DNA of 64,000 nucleotides from NCBI GenBank assembly GCA_020137815.1, contig CM035358.1, forward strand, positions 7,254,001 to 7,318,000, read 5' to 3'. Made by a program: the position numbers and the translations under genes. The notes under the pieces were generated by a model. The model saw nothing but the letters and a program-made list of their open reading frames with translations, had not been told where the DNA came from and ran no database searches. This document shows positions 39,303 through 51,500 of this stretch, in pieces (positions within the stretch are counted from its first letter, which is position 1; every line of letters begins with the position of its first letter). This DNA comes from Hormiphora californensis (lineage: Eukaryota > Animalia > Ctenophora).

Positions 39303-40611
39303 CCCCAAACGGGTTCTGTGCACCCAACCCGGGGAATTTCTACCTCCCCTTTTTCCGGGGGTTGGTTTTAAAAAAACCCGGGGTTGAACAAAAAAGATGA
39401 ACAAAAACCCTTTCCCTCTACTTAAATTGTACAGGGTTTTGTGGGTAACAGTCTCATAGCAATTTGGAAAAACAAACTTTATGCTCCTTCATAAACACTT
39501 TATCTGCTCCTTTCATAACATTTATCGCTCCTTCAAAAACATTTTTGGGCATTTAAAGAAGCACTCGGGTTAAATCTTTCGTTTTAAAACGGGTTTTCAT
39601 TTACTGGGGTTCCCTTTTTTTAAATGCTTTTTTTAAATTTTTTCCAGCAGGGCCAACTTCGCATAAACAGGGGCCCCTTCATTAGATCCCCAATCCCCGA
39701 TGTAGTGAAATGATTTAAAAAACACACATGCCACAATGCCCCACACGGGGACATCTCCCTCCCTTTCTCTGTTTTTACTGCAATTTTATGTAACTTAAAT
39801 AACAAAATCCTTTATCTATTCCCAAAATTTCCTACTACTATTTTTCATATGCTACAGTGAATTCTACCTACTACTCCATGCACTACTTCTACTGAGGCGG
39901 GAAAACCCATAAAATTTTTACCAGAAATCACCGTGCCCTTCCCTTAAAAATGGTTCATGTAGAAGGGTTGGGTTTAACTGTTTGTAAAAAGGGGAAAAAG
40001 GGAAAAAGGGTGTAAAAAAAAGGGATAGAGACACTTTTCCCTTTTTTCCTTTTTCAAAAACACTTTTTAGTGGGAAGCTATTGTTGTTAGATTGTTTTGT
40101 CATGCTTAGAGACCTATTGTTGAAAAAACTTCACTGTTTACTTGTGACAAAGGACGAAAAGGAGAGAGAGGTTGTCTATAATTATAGTGAGATATAGAGA
40201 GAGAAATATGAGTGTTATAGACTGAGCGGGAGAAATATGAGGTGACTGGACACATAATAGAGCCGTATAAACAGTTCTTTGTTCAGCCATTCATCATCAG
40301 ACCATTTTCCTTCCCCATTCATCTGTAACTTAGCTAGAGACCCCCTCCTCCTAGTCCTTCTCCAAAAATTTCTCTGGATCAAAACAAATCATAAATTTCG
40401 TAATGCAATGAAATTAGCATGTTTCTCCGATTCCTTTTGTCCCAAAGCACCACTTCCTAACTACCCTCCCCCACCTCTTTCACACACACACATACTTCAT
40501 CTCCGGAAATTGGCCCTGTAATAGTCAGGGAAATGTGCGATTCGGCGATTCCAGCAGTATCACGAGGATAGAGAGAAAAAGAAAGAGAGAGAAAGAGAGA
40601 GAGGGATAGGA

Positions 40612-40703
<92 letters not shown>

Positions 40704-42873
40704 CAACTCTCTATCTCCCATCCAGCAGCCCGTGGTTTTGACACATCTTACTCATACACTCATTCAGTCGCATAATATGCGTAAGGAAGGGATGGGGAGA
40801 GGAAGGAGAGATATAAAGATAGAGAGAGATGGGAGAGAGATAAAGATAGTAAGAGAGAGAGAGAGACAGGAAGCTAATACATGCCCGCTAGTCCAGGTTA
40901 ACCACCAAAAAATTAGAACAACAAAGTTTGACCGTCAAAGGACCAGCTCGAACTAGAACTTACCAATATTAACGAGAACTATTCCGTCATCCACCAACAT
41001 TTGAAGACCCATGTCTAAATTCTCTATCATGTGAATCCGCATCCTGAAAATTATCAAATAATTGTTAGTGATTGGTGACACTGGGGTCTCAGATATAAAA
41101 ACGCACACCACGATTGGTCACCGAGTGAACAAGTGGTGGGTGAAAGAAAGCTGTTTCGTTCACTGCTCACGGTGCCCCTGAAGGAAGTTCCACCTCGACC
41201 GAGTCCCCCAGCAAAACGAACGGTTGTGTGACCTAAAGGGGACCTCTGGGAACTACGGAGGACCGTGGGGGAAAAGATTTAAAAGTAGCCTAAAAAATTA
41301 AAACGATAGAAAGATAGCTATCGTTTTTTTCACTTTGAAAATACGACGTTTCTTTAACAAATCCTTGATCAGGAAGATGCAAGTGTCTCCCACCTATTTT
41401 TTGACGTAGAATCGAATGCCGTTGAAGTCAAATCTCTAAAATGTTAGTAAAATGGTGAAAATCGCGTTTTTAGGTGTTTTTTGGTGAAAAAAGCGTTCAA
41501 ACTGGTACTAGATGATGAGATAGAGTCCCAAAAGTATAACAAATCGCTTTTTTGGGACCTTTTCGCCCTAGAAGCAGATTTTTATGAAAATCTGGTTCAG
41601 CGCCTATTCTCTGTATACTTTCAAAGAAGGTGAATATTGCTTTAATTTAGCCAATTTTGAAGAAAAGTCATCCAAAACAGTACTAGATGATGAGATAGTG
41701 GCCCAAAAATATAACTAATAGATTTTTTGGGTCTTTTCCGTCCTAGAAACAAATTTGCATGGCGGTCGGATGATACGTTTCCTCTCGGTAGGCCTCGATG
41801 AAGTAGGTGGAAATAGCCAAAATATAGCGATTGCGGCAAATGAATGTGAATAAACGTTGACCAAACCCACTTTAGCATCATGTATGACCTATCTCTGGGC
41901 TACTGGACTATGCAAGAGCCATACATGATGATGAAGTGGGTTTGGTAAACGTTTATCCACATTCATTTGCCGCAATCGCTATATTTTGGCTATTTCCACC
42001 TACTTCAGAGGCCTACCGAGAGGAAACGTATCATCCGACCGCCATGCAAATTTGTTTCTAGGACGGAAAAGACCCAAAAAATCTATTAGTTATATTTTTG
42101 GGCCACTATCTCATCATCTAGTACTGTTTTGGATGACTTTTCTTCAAAATTGGCTAAATTAGAGCAATATTCACCTTCTTTGAAAGTATACAGAGAATAG
42201 GCGCTGAACCAGATTTTTATAAAAATCTGCTTCTAGGGCGAAAAGGTCCCAAAAAAGCGATTTGTCATACTTTTGGGACTCTATCTCATCATCTAGTACC
42301 AGTTTGAACGCTTTTTTCACCAAAAAACACCTAAAAACGCGATTTTCACCATTTTACTAACATTTTAGAGATTTGACTTCAACGGCATTCGATTCTACGT
42401 CAAAAAATAGGTGGGAGACACTTGCATCTTCCTGATCAAGGATTTTGTTAAAGAAACGTCGTATTTTCAAAGTGAAAAAAACGATAGCTATCTTTCTATC
42501 GTTTTAATTTTTTAGGCTACTTTTAAATCTTTTCCCCCACGGTCCTCCGTAGTTCCCAGAGGTCCCCTTTAGGTCACACAACCGTTCGTTTTGCTGGGGG
42601 ACTCGGTCGAGGTGGAACTTCCTTCAGGGGCACCGTGTGCTATCAATCCCCGAACCTTGGTTTTTTAGAGTATCTCCTAGGGCATCCCTTTTCAGTTAGC
42701 ATCTCTACTAAATTCACTAGCACCACTCCATCCTTCAGGCCCTCTGGGAGCTCCTCGATATGCAGGTCTCGTGCTTTTAGTTGTTCGTTGGTCCAGCGGG
42801 TAAATGTTTTGTGTTGGATCTTGACCCACTCAGGAGGAGGGGGAGATGGAGGTTTTTGTTCGTCATCCGACAT
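2808..42873 (-). CDS. Filamin-like actin cross-linker (CH1-CH2 + ~7 filamin/Ig repeats + C-terminal SH3BGR-like domain), multi-exon
   Basis: Hand-spliced GT-AG exons with consistent phases: 42873-42656, 41043-40964, 34896-34823, 34666-34549, 34356-34181, 34042-33949, 33807-33712, 33620-33529, 33367-33278, 33066-32955, ~32853-32370 (frameshifted/noisy), 32007-31913 (noisy), 31737-31661, 31446-31303, 30821-30694, 28423-28308, 27501-27332, 27142-27043, 23008-22944, 17874-17732, 17373-17319, 4177-4056, 3804-3573, 3448-3348, 3230-3084, 2936-2808. Motifs: WVKIQHKTFTRWTNEQLK, KLILGLIWTLILHYQI, NFTTDWNDGIALCSLV, and repeats of the type G.GL..G......F.VD...AG.G.L.V.V.GP / H..GSPF.V. Confidence 0.93.
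4269..6171. mobile_element. Non-autonomous hAT-like element with (CCGAA)n subterminal repeats
   Basis: TIR CAGGAAaCGACCGAA / TTCGGTCGcTTCCTG; 8-bp TSD cccaatac at 4261-4268 and 6172-6179; internal ~300-bp direct and inverted duplications. Confidence 0.85.
6620..10832 (-). CDS. Large intron-nested exon (~1400 aa, Ser/Pro-rich with helical C-terminal part), probably one ORF broken by one frameshift near 7420
   Basis: The 1148-aa ORF (7314-10760) is open back to tag|GGT at 10832. The overlapping 264-aa ORF (6620-7414) continues in another frame with similar composition. No recognisable domain and no early ATG. Confidence 0.65.
11552..11863. mobile_element. Foldback MITE-like element
   Basis: cccatcaaaagtttgacccgc ... 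gcgggtcaaacttttgatggg with imperfect internal palindromy centred near 11720; no TSD identified. Confidence 0.7.
14645..16819. repeat. 25-bp minisatellite, ~87 near-perfect copies
   Basis: Unit gggacatagtgggacaaaatggaga; a single internal variant near 16672. Confidence 0.97.
18171..19686 (+). mobile_element. 5'-truncated Penelope-like retroelement (RT + GIY-YIG endonuclease) in a filamin intron
   Basis: ORF 18138-19469 has VVSLYTN, QTSGGVMGSPL, YRHFVDD, LPYLDV, IYRKPTHT and the GIY-YIG part NVIYRIPCLDCPASYIGQTKR..RITEH. An 11-bp direct repeat attatgaagtg flanks it at 18160-18170 and 19687-19697. Confidence 0.92.
19597..19646 (+). ncRNA. Putative minimal hammerhead ribozyme in the Penelope 3' pLTR
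   Basis: CTGAAGA..(imperfect stem II gtgat/atctc)..GAAA-GC-TT core with palindromic AGCT stem III and short stem I (atag/ctgt). It lies just downstream of a TATA-like ttataag at 19571. Confidence 0.6.
20095..20466. mobile_element. Mutator-like palindromic MITE
   Basis: Long TIRs ggtaggcggtaaatgttaaccagatctg..; 9-bp TSD atgaattgt at 20086-20094 and 20467-20475. Confidence 0.85.
20566..21684 (-). CDS. Intron-nested 372-aa ORF, Glu-rich N-part plus hydrophobic C-terminal segments; own ATG or alternative terminal filamin exon (acceptor 21647)
   Basis: Uninterrupted ORF with acidic runs, followed by LLPLFHLACTLVCVLTLLTV..VSLTALLYFSITTAL..ILLKVYMYLVLPGCLA. A pyrimidine-rich cag| at 21647 is phase-compatible with the filamin donor at 22944. 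Confidence 0.65.
   Translation of the reverse strand: MEPQNDSTSPPADFSTGRFEIISLDQLPPSDEEEDISYQEVQLAAAEEVEVEIVAEDISIRTPHNPLHLTYQPESDQGDIEVLELVQNTMEETTDLVTSSLNPVEEEGGITATDIVKEEPVSTTKLFTRGESALELKTPTKETTDVTSLHLVEEEGMTEMKTVPVGGKDLPTITPMTIKRLYDDYGAKEEAEEEEGANGSTSGSSEEEEEEIEMARKVKTAAPPDGDDDGIVREDSSSSSSKEEEVAEEGEAKEEEVVEKKEVNLLPLFHLACTLVCVLTLLTVHCSLRTCVSLTALLYFSITTALEWDCCPRNTLPANISDILLKVYMYLVLPGCLATGISDLVGGGCGGMLVLVVPVLCEGWILYKVGEK
22371..22668. repeat. ~31-bp minisatellite (~9 copies)
   Basis: Unit ctctctttagtaaaagtaacgatctcactatag with variants. Confidence 0.9.
23473..26894 (-). CDS. Alternative terminal filamin exons (26894-26361 + 26179-23473), ~1080-aa Ser/Pro/Lys/Glu-rich disordered tail
   Basis: The phase-2 donor at 27043 (..GSAF-CG|gtaagt) joins tctag|AGTTGAC at 26894 in frame, giving GSAFRVDIVD. 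The donor AG|gtatag at 26361 joins ccag|GGTATCA at 26179, in frame with the 915-aa ORF, which ends PPRYKK*. Confidence 0.75.
28389..30430. repeat. 56-bp tandem array (~36 copies) made of a filamin splice acceptor plus exon start
   Basis: Minus-strand unit ctctccctctctctattatag|GTCTCTCCGGGCAATATGAAAGTGTGTTTCACCCC; the last copy continues as exon 28423-28308. Confidence 0.95.
33949..42873 (-). CDS. Filamin exons 1-6: tandem calponin-homology actin-binding domain
   Basis: Spliced translation MSDDEQ...WVKIQHKTFTRWTNEQLK...LKDGVVLVNLVEML...KKPR|MRIHMIENLDMGLQML...LVNIG|SNDIYYGSLKLILGLIWTLILHYQ|...NFTTDWNDGIALCSLVESIVPGLCP...LGVPK|ILEAEDLTHQEIDELSVITYVS matches the filamin/alpha-actinin-type ABD consensus. 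Confidence 0.93.
38200..40120. other. Probable low-quality consensus segment
   Basis: A CT microsatellite decays into inflated C/T/A/G homopolymers, unlike the flanking sequence. Confidence 0.7.
41168..42637. mobile_element. 1.47-kb near-perfect foldback element, Chapaev/CMC-like termini, in filamin intron 1
   Basis: ~710-bp arms with a ~50-bp spacer; termini CACGGTG..CACCGTG; 4-bp TSD tgct on both sides. Confidence 0.85.
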
Positions 42874-44015
42874 CTCACTACAAGGGTTGGGTGTAAGTGG
42901 GGAGAGTTAGAGGAAGTAGTAAATGGGCAAATTTTTGCTTTTCCTGTTTGGCTATTTACAATTTTCAGTATGCTTTGGTCGAAATTGATCGAAATTAAAA
43001 AGAAGGGCTGCAATTTAAAGCTTTAAATTATTGTTTTGATTTAGTTCGATCAGACTTTGCTGCAAAACCAACTCTGTAGGGATGTCATCCAGTGGCGGAG
43101 GGACCGATTTTTCCACAGAACTCATGATTCTACCGTTGAAAAAAGATCTGTGTACCGAGTGTGAATGCTAATGGGTAAAGAAATAAAATTGGAGACAGGT
43201 CAACTTTGACGAGCGTTAAAAGGGAGAGGAAAGCCGAAACCGGAGGGCGCAGAAGAAAAAAAATTACAAAAAGTAAAAATGGAACACGACTGTGCGGGTG
43301 TACCAGTATAGTGTTGTGTTGGCACACGGAGAAGGTGGGAGAGGGACACAACAAGAGTGGCTTCACAATCCACCACTCCTGGTACACCACGCACGTCCCA
43401 TGCGACTTATAAACATAAATAACAAAAAGTAAAAACAAAAAAAGGACATTTTGAAGTTTGGATTTTATTTTGGAAGGTTCGATCGATCGCGCGCGAACCA
43501 CAGGCGTTGTTTGCGCGGCTTTTTATTTGCGCGCAAGATTTTGACGCGCACATTTTGGCGCGTTTTGACTTCATTTGTCATCGCGCCCTCCGCCAAGTTT
43601 TCCCGACAAGCATGTCGTCCGATTCCACACCAACAGGAAAAGGTCCGATTTTGCTCCAAGAACGTGAAAGTGTTACACACATAAAAAACGGACTTTTTTG
43701 GTGTTTAGTAAAACGTTAAAATATGAAGTTTTGATGGACGCTCAAACATAATCAGCACTGGAAACGTTTTACAAATCGTGCCCTAAACAGCCTATAATAC
43801 ACAAAGTGGAGAATATCCTTTTAGTGAATAATATCTTGTCATATCTGTTGTATATTTTATATAAAACACCCAACATATCTTACAAACAAAGTGTCATGTT
43901 ACAAAAAAACAGACCGCACGACAAAACATCTTCAAACCCCATAATATAACTCCCACCCTCCCCAAGTGTTTCCAGATGTCTACAGTTGTTCCTAGTAGGT
44001 ACAGCAGATATGTTC

Positions 44016-45460
44016 CTAGTATAACCCCTCGTATAAGGCGTCTAGATCTGATTTATAGGCGTTTTTGATGTTTTGGCGGCATTTCTTGAAAGTTGGTGTG
44101 AGCATATTATTGCCGATGGAGAATTGGGCCGAATCAGGGAGCAACTTGATTTTCTTCACCTAGAGGAAGAAGGGAGAAGGGGATTAGTCACCTAGAGAGA
44201 GAGAGAGAGGGAAGGGGATTAGTCAGGGAGCAACTTGATTTTCTTCACCTAGAGGAAGAAGGAAGGGATAACCTAGAGGAAGATGTTGGGAAGGATTGGT
44301 ACATCGACAGGCCAAGGTCATGTGAGTATTAACTTAGTGAATAGGTAGGGACATTTCCAATGATGTGCTATTAGGCAATGATTGAACATCCGTGCCCACA
44401 CGACCGAATGGCCCGGTGGGCTACGTGAGGCCCGATACCATATTTGGGACAAGATAAGTTCGAGACTGTGCATTCGTCTGAATGTATTGACTAATGTCAA
44501 TGAACTCTGGTGATGATGTTAGAGAGTATGGTGTGACACTGGTCTGGAGAGATAGCTGTGCATTAGGCAAATGATTTATGTGAAACACCACACACACAAC
44601 ACCACTAGTGGAACCGTGCAACACCTTTTGGGATACGGGACACACAACACCATATTTGGATCAGTGACACAACACATATATGGGCACTACCACAACTAGT
44701 TATTTCCCCACTGACACCAGGCTGGCCAGAACGAACTCTGTGAACTCTGGTGATGTGTGGAGAGAGGAGATGGGGGAACCGCTAAACTGGGGTGGGAGAG
44801 TTGCTGCTGCAATGGCCTCATTGTCCAGAACAACTAGCCCGACAACACAGGACTTGTAGATATCACCGTATATGAAGACCTGGAGTTAGGGGGTATTAGC
44901 AGGTGTGTTAGAAGGGTGTGTTAGAAGGGGTGTTCGGTGGTTACTGTGATAGAAGGGGGTGTTAGGAGGGTGTGTAAGGAGGGGGAGAGTGGAGAGACAA
45001 TCGAAATAATAAAACTGTGGAAAGATAGAAAAAGAAAGCCCAACCTTACCTGTGCGACGTAGGGAGATCTTTCGTAAATTAGTTCTAGTTTCTCCGGAGC
45101 AATGTATTCTCCCTGACTTAACTTGAATATGTTCTTTTTCCTGCAAATGGAAAGATGATCAAACAAAGATAATCTTGATAGATCTAGAGATCTCTAGATG
45201 GTCTCATAATTTAGAAAAAACAATGAGGGGTGTACAGTGTACACTGTACACTGTACAGTGTACAGTGAGATGAGAGTGAGGGGGAGATGGGCCTATGATT
45301 GGAGAATGGGGCATTGCGGCGAACACCAGCGCCTGTTTTAGCAGCCATGTGTGAAACACGCATCCTCTCAGCCTCTCTCTCTTTTTCTACATCAAGGATA
45401 GAGAGATTGTGCTTTGATCTATCCTTCTAGAAGGAGTGAGTATATTCTCTCTTCTACTAT

Positions 45461-45504
<44 letters not shown>

Positions 45505-48500
45505 ATCATTCTCACTCTCTCTCTCTCTCACCCTTCCCTTTCTCTTCCCATCTCTTTGTAATAAAAGTGGAGGAAAGACATTCATATTCAGTACGAAAAA
45601 GTGGACTGTGAAGCAGTGGTTAATTTTACTGTATGAAGAATTTGGCTTGAGTTAAAGAATGTAATGGAATCTACAAGGGTACTGGGGATTTACCTGTCGA
45701 TGAGTTTTAATCTTCCTCCCTGTATCCAAGTTCCAACTAAGATACACTATAAAACCACCATCATTCAAGTCCTCATCTGTTTTTTTCTTCAGATTTCTTC
45801 ACACTGGATCTCAACAACTTCAGGGCGCAAGATCCGATTCACCCACCACCCTCCTCGTAGATATATTTGAGAAAGCAGAAGGTGTGTTAGTCAGTAGTAA
45901 TCAGATGCAACCCAAATGTTCACCATACCCGTGTGCGTTGGCTCGTTTACTACGAGTTCTGGCCCAGAGACGCATAACAGATGGATGAAGTCCTCATGCA
46001 CCCACATTGAAACAGGAGATTCCCAATCTAACAGAACGAGATTAGTTAGGTCACCCCACAATAGTGAGATTTTTATATTTTCTAGAAGTAATGTGTGTAG
46101 TACCGCTCCGTCTTCAGAGCATAAAATCAGACCCAGAGTAGTCGTATCATACACAGTGTTGATGACATCCTGCGTCCGAATCCTAGTTCAGAAGGACTGA
46201 GCACAGCGGGTAGCCAAGTTTCGTCTTAACCTCCCGACGCTCTAAACCAATGTCAGTCCTACACATTATCATGACACCCCCCTCCTCCACCTTTCTTACA
46301 ATTACTTAGTCACTATCATCAACAAGTCCCTATCTTTTCTAATATCGTATCATACTTGTCAGATACAATTCAGCATCCTGAACACTACTTACTCAGCCAA
46401 AGTCTCGTTTAGCACAACAAGGTAGGAGAGTAAAGCGAACCAAGTCGTTCCTTTGAGTCTCCAAACTTGGTTCAATAAGTTGAGGGGCTATCACTTCCTA
46501 TCGAGTTGCCTCTAAACAAGTCCATTAACATACAATACACAACATTAAGTTTGATTTCATATCATTTGGCCCAGGATTTTTAACAAATCGGGTGGTTCCT
46601 AAACACGTAAAGTTCTAGAAACTGAGGATAATCTTGATAGTGTATCGAAAACAGTATCTCAGTGACCTAGAAAATAACAAAACAATACGACTTTTACACT
46701 ACCGATAGCTTAACCTACTTGGTTGAACATGAATAATTGCCATAACAATGTAAAAACATGTAGGTACACAAACCATCTGCATGCTAACCACCCTTCACTC
46801 TTATCCTTCTGAAATTCAGACAGTTCTCAGAGGATCATGGTGGACTTAGTCCAATCATAGATCCTATGAAGCAGTTATAGCACACATAGCAGGTGATGAT
46901 TGATGATAATCAATTGTGAGAGATTTGAATGTGAGGTCTTCCGTTAGGTCGATATGTTCTGGTCTTGTTCAGGTTTTGTCTTAGTAGTCAACCTCTCCCC
47001 CCGCCCCCCCCCCCCAAACCTGCCCAATTATTGCCGATAATGCTCGAGCAAGCTAATCAGTTTGGTACTTCTATTGGGACAGTTGTAACCACAGGTTCAG
47101 TCTAGAGGCAGGATAGGAGATATAGGTAAGGGAAAAAGGGGGGTTGTTGTTGTGCTAAAAATGTTAAAAAATGCTAAAAAGGGGGGGGGGTGGGGGGCTG
47201 AGGAGAGTTAAAAATCAGTAAGTAAGACAATTGACCCGGTCCCCATCTATCAATAAAATTATTATTATCATAAATTCAGCGTGAAAACTAGAAAATTCAG
47301 CCTAGAACATCCGCATAAGCGGGGGACCTGGAGAGGAGTGTGGATTTGTAGTGGGATAACCGGATATTGACGTCTCCCATGTATATGTGCCACATCCGAG
47401 CCTCCCTTCCATCGGCATAGGGGCGATCCTCTTGCCTTGCATAGTTAGACATTTTCCTAACGGTGGGGAGTTGGGCCTTGTGGGCTATAACTCTGCCGGC
47501 TATGGGGAGTTGGGCCTTGTGGGCTATAACTCTGCCGGCTATAGGCACTCGTAGTTGTAGTAAAGTCGTAGTAGCAAAGATAGACATGTTTCAATCAGAG
47601 TGAAGAGCAGAGTTTATAATTGGCGATAAAGAGCAAAGAGCAAATTGACTCTTGTAGATCGAAATATATATTGTCTTATGTAAATATGGAAATCGGAAAT
47701 GATACCCGGACATTCACCCGGGTCCCGGGCAGGGAAAAAATGATAGCAAAGATCGAAATATATTCGGTTATTCATGGAATACTCATCGAGTCTGCACATA
47801 TGGACGATGCTCTTGTCTTGCAAAGTTAGAAATTTCAATCGAGTCCAGAGTAAAGGTGTGTTTGTGTTCAAGGAGATTTGCATATGAAATACAGGCAGAA
47901 CCGCCCCCCCCCCCCCCCCCCCCCCCCCGCAATATAACGCTAGTGTAGCGAGATGGACAAGTGTGTCATATGGTTCGGCTTTAGTTAACACAGACAAGTC
48001 GTCCCAGAATCGACCCCTAGTCATTACCTCTGGACCCAAATCCACACACTGTGGGCAATAGTAATTTAGACACAGGTCAAAGGTAGTTGGTAAACACAGT
48101 AACATGTAGGGTGTTCAAAGGACACAGGCCTGCTCAAACTTGAATGCCGATTATACATATGTACATAAGCTTTGCTAAAGCTCTTTCTTTTTTATTTGGA
48201 AACATTTTGGGTGAGCTGTGTAAATAGAAAGGCCAGTGACTGAAACTAACTGATAAAAGAGACTATCTGGTAGACCGGCTAGACTTTTTTGGTGGTAAAG
48301 CTTTCCACAGAATAATAGTTTTCGCATAAGGTTCCTCATATACAGCACATCCCGACATCAGGGAAGGGGTGTTCACAGTCACGAACCTTGATGTTCAAGG
48401 TGCAGTAGTTGTAGGCGATGGATACTCGGGAATCCTCCCACTTTTCCAACGATCTAGTGGGTCTGCGAGTGGACCAGTTACAACTAAAGAGTCGCTGCAA

Positions 48501-51500
48501 ACCGACTGCCTGCAGGAAGAGGAGGATAGAATGAGAGATGCGGTAATAGGAGGGAAAATATGAATTGGGGTTAGGGGTTTTTGGTTTGGGAAGGTTATGA
48601 CTGTGCAGTGGTATTTAAAAAAACCATTTAGACACTGTACTGTTGCACATACGACGACTGGTAAGTGCATCTCTTCCAGACCATAGCTCATCGCGATGTC
48701 ACCGGAAGAGACAGTGTGGAGTCAAATGACTCACTAAAGGAGAGAGCGAGAGTGTGGTTGAACAACTACAGCTCTTATCACTGAGAGAGAATAGCGAGAC
48801 TGTAGCTGGTGTCTTACAACGGGTAAAGTCGTGGCCTAAGTCTGACTTCTATAAAATCGTGGGTGGGAAATTGACACCACTTTATCTTTTTTGGAACCTC
48901 CCCGCGCTAAAACCACTTTATCTTTCACCGTCACGTACTAGGGCACACCCTGTATAATATCACAACTCTCTCACCTAATGTTAGATAAAGTGGAACAGCT
49001 ACACTCCTATTAGCTACAATGCTCTGCAACCTCTCTCTCACCTAAGTGTTAGATAAAAGTGGAACAGCTACACTCCTATTAGCTACAATGCTCTGCAACT
49101 CTCTCTCTCTCACCTAATGTTAGATAAAGTGGAACCGCTACACTCCTATTAGCTACAATGCTCTGCAACTCTCTCTTCACCAATGTTAGATAAGTGGAAC
49201 ACGCTAACCTATTAGCTACAATCTCTGCAACTCTCTCTCTCTCACCTAATGTTAGATAAAGTGGAACAGCTACACTCCTATTAGCTACAATCTCTGCAAA
49301 ACTCTCTCTCTCACCTAATGTTAGATAAGTGGAACAGTACACTCCTATTAGCTACATGCTCTGCAACTCTCTCTCTCACCTAATGTTAGATAAAGTGGAA
49401 CAGCTACACTCCTATTAGCTACAATGCTCTGCAACTCTCTCTCTCACTAATGTTAGAAAGTGGAACAGCTACACTCCTATTAGCTACAATGCTCTGCAAC
49501 TCTCTCTCTCTCACCTAATGTTAGATAAAGTGGAACCGCTACACTCCTATTGCTACAATGCTCTGCAACTCTCTCTCTCACCTAATGTTAGATAAAGTGG
49601 AACAGCTACACTCTATTAGCTACAATGTCTGCAACTCTCTCTCTCACCTAATGTAGATAAAAGTGGAACAGCTACACTCCTTTAGCTACAATGCTCTGCA
49701 ACCTCTCTCTCTCACCTAATGTTCGATAAAGTGGAACAGCAACACTCCTATTAGCTACAATGCTCTGCAACTCTCTCACCTAATGTTAGAAAGTGGAACA
49801 GCTACACTCTATTAGCTACAATGCTCGCAACTCTCTCTCTCACCTAATGTTAGATAAAGTGGAAACAGGCTACACTCCTATTAGCTACAATGCTCTGCAA
49901 CTCTCTCTCACCTACATGTTAGATAAAGTGGAACAGCTACACTCCTATTAGCTACAATGCTCTGCAACTCTCTCTCTCACCTAATGTTAGATAAAGTGGA
50001 ACAGCTACACTCCTATTAGCTACAATGCTCTGCAACTCTCTCTCTCTCACCTAATGTTAGATAAAGTGGAACAGCTACACTCCTATTAGCTACAATGCTC
50101 TGCAACTCTCTCTCTCACCTAATGTTAGATAAAGTGGAACAGCTACACTCCTATTAGCTACAATGCTCTGCAACTCTCTCTCTCTCACCTAATGTTAGAT
50201 AAAGTGGAACAGCTACACTCCTATTAGCTACAATGCTCTGCAACTCTCTCTCTCACCTAATGTTAGATAAAGTGGAACAGCTACACTCCTATTAGCTACA
50301 ATGCTCTGCAACTCTCTCTCTCTCACCTAATGTTAGATAAAGTGGAACAGCTACACTCCTATTAGCTACAATGCTCTGCAACTCTCTCTCTCACCTAATG
50401 TTAGATAAAGTGGAACAGCTACACTCCTATTAGCTACAATGCTCTGCAACTCTCTCTCTCACCTAATGTTAGATAAAGTGGAACAGCTACACTCCTATTA
50501 GCTACAATGCTCTGCAACTCTCTCTCTCTCACCTAATGTTAGATAAAGTGGAACAGCTACACTCCTATTAGCTACAATGCTCTGCAACTCTCTCTCTCAC
50601 CTAATGTTAGATAAAGTGGAACAGCTACACTCCTATTAGCTACAATGCTCTGCAACTCTCTCTCTCTCACCTAATGTTAGATAAAGTGGAACAGCTACAC
50701 TCCTATTAGCTACAATGCTCTGCAACTCTCTCTCTCACCTAATGTTAGATAAAGTGGAACAGCTACACTCCTATTAGCTACAATGCTCTGCAACTCTCTC
50801 TCACCTAATGTTAGATAAAGTGGAACAGCTACACTCCTATTAGCTACAATACTCTGCAACTCTCTCTCACCTAATGTTAGATAAAGTGGAACAGCTACAC
50901 TCCTATTAGCTACAATGCTCTGCAACTCTCTCTCTCACCTAATGTTAGATAAAGTGGAACAGCTACACTCCTATTAGCTACAATGCTCTGCAACTCTCTC
51001 TCTCTCACCTAATGTTAGATAAAGTGGAACAGCTACACTCCTATTAGCTACAATGCTCTGCAACTCTCTCTCTCTCACCTAATGTTAGATAAAGTGGAAC
51101 AGCTACACTCCTATTAGCTACAATGCTCTGCAACTCTCTCTCTCACCTAATGTTAGATAAAGTGGAACAGCTACACTCCTATTAGCTACAATGCTCTGCA
51201 ACTCTCTCTCACCTAATGTTAGATAAAGTGGAACAGCTACACTCCTATTAGCTACAATGCTCTGCAACTCTCTCTCTCTCTCACCTAATGTTAGATAAAG
51301 TGGAACAGCTACACTCCTATTAGCTACAATGCTCTGCAACTCTCTCTCTCACCTAATGTTAGATAAAGTGGAACAGCCACACTCCTATTAGCTACAATGC
51401 TCTGCAACTCTCTCTCTCACCTAATGTTAGATAAAGTGGAACAGCTACACTCCTATTAGCTACAATGCTCTGCAACTCTCTCTCTCACCTAATGTTAGAT

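Noticed and set aside
38052-39404. 330-aa Arg/Glu/Lys/Gly-rich ORF and neighbours
   Set aside because: Derived from GA microsatellite and homopolymer-inflated low-quality sequence
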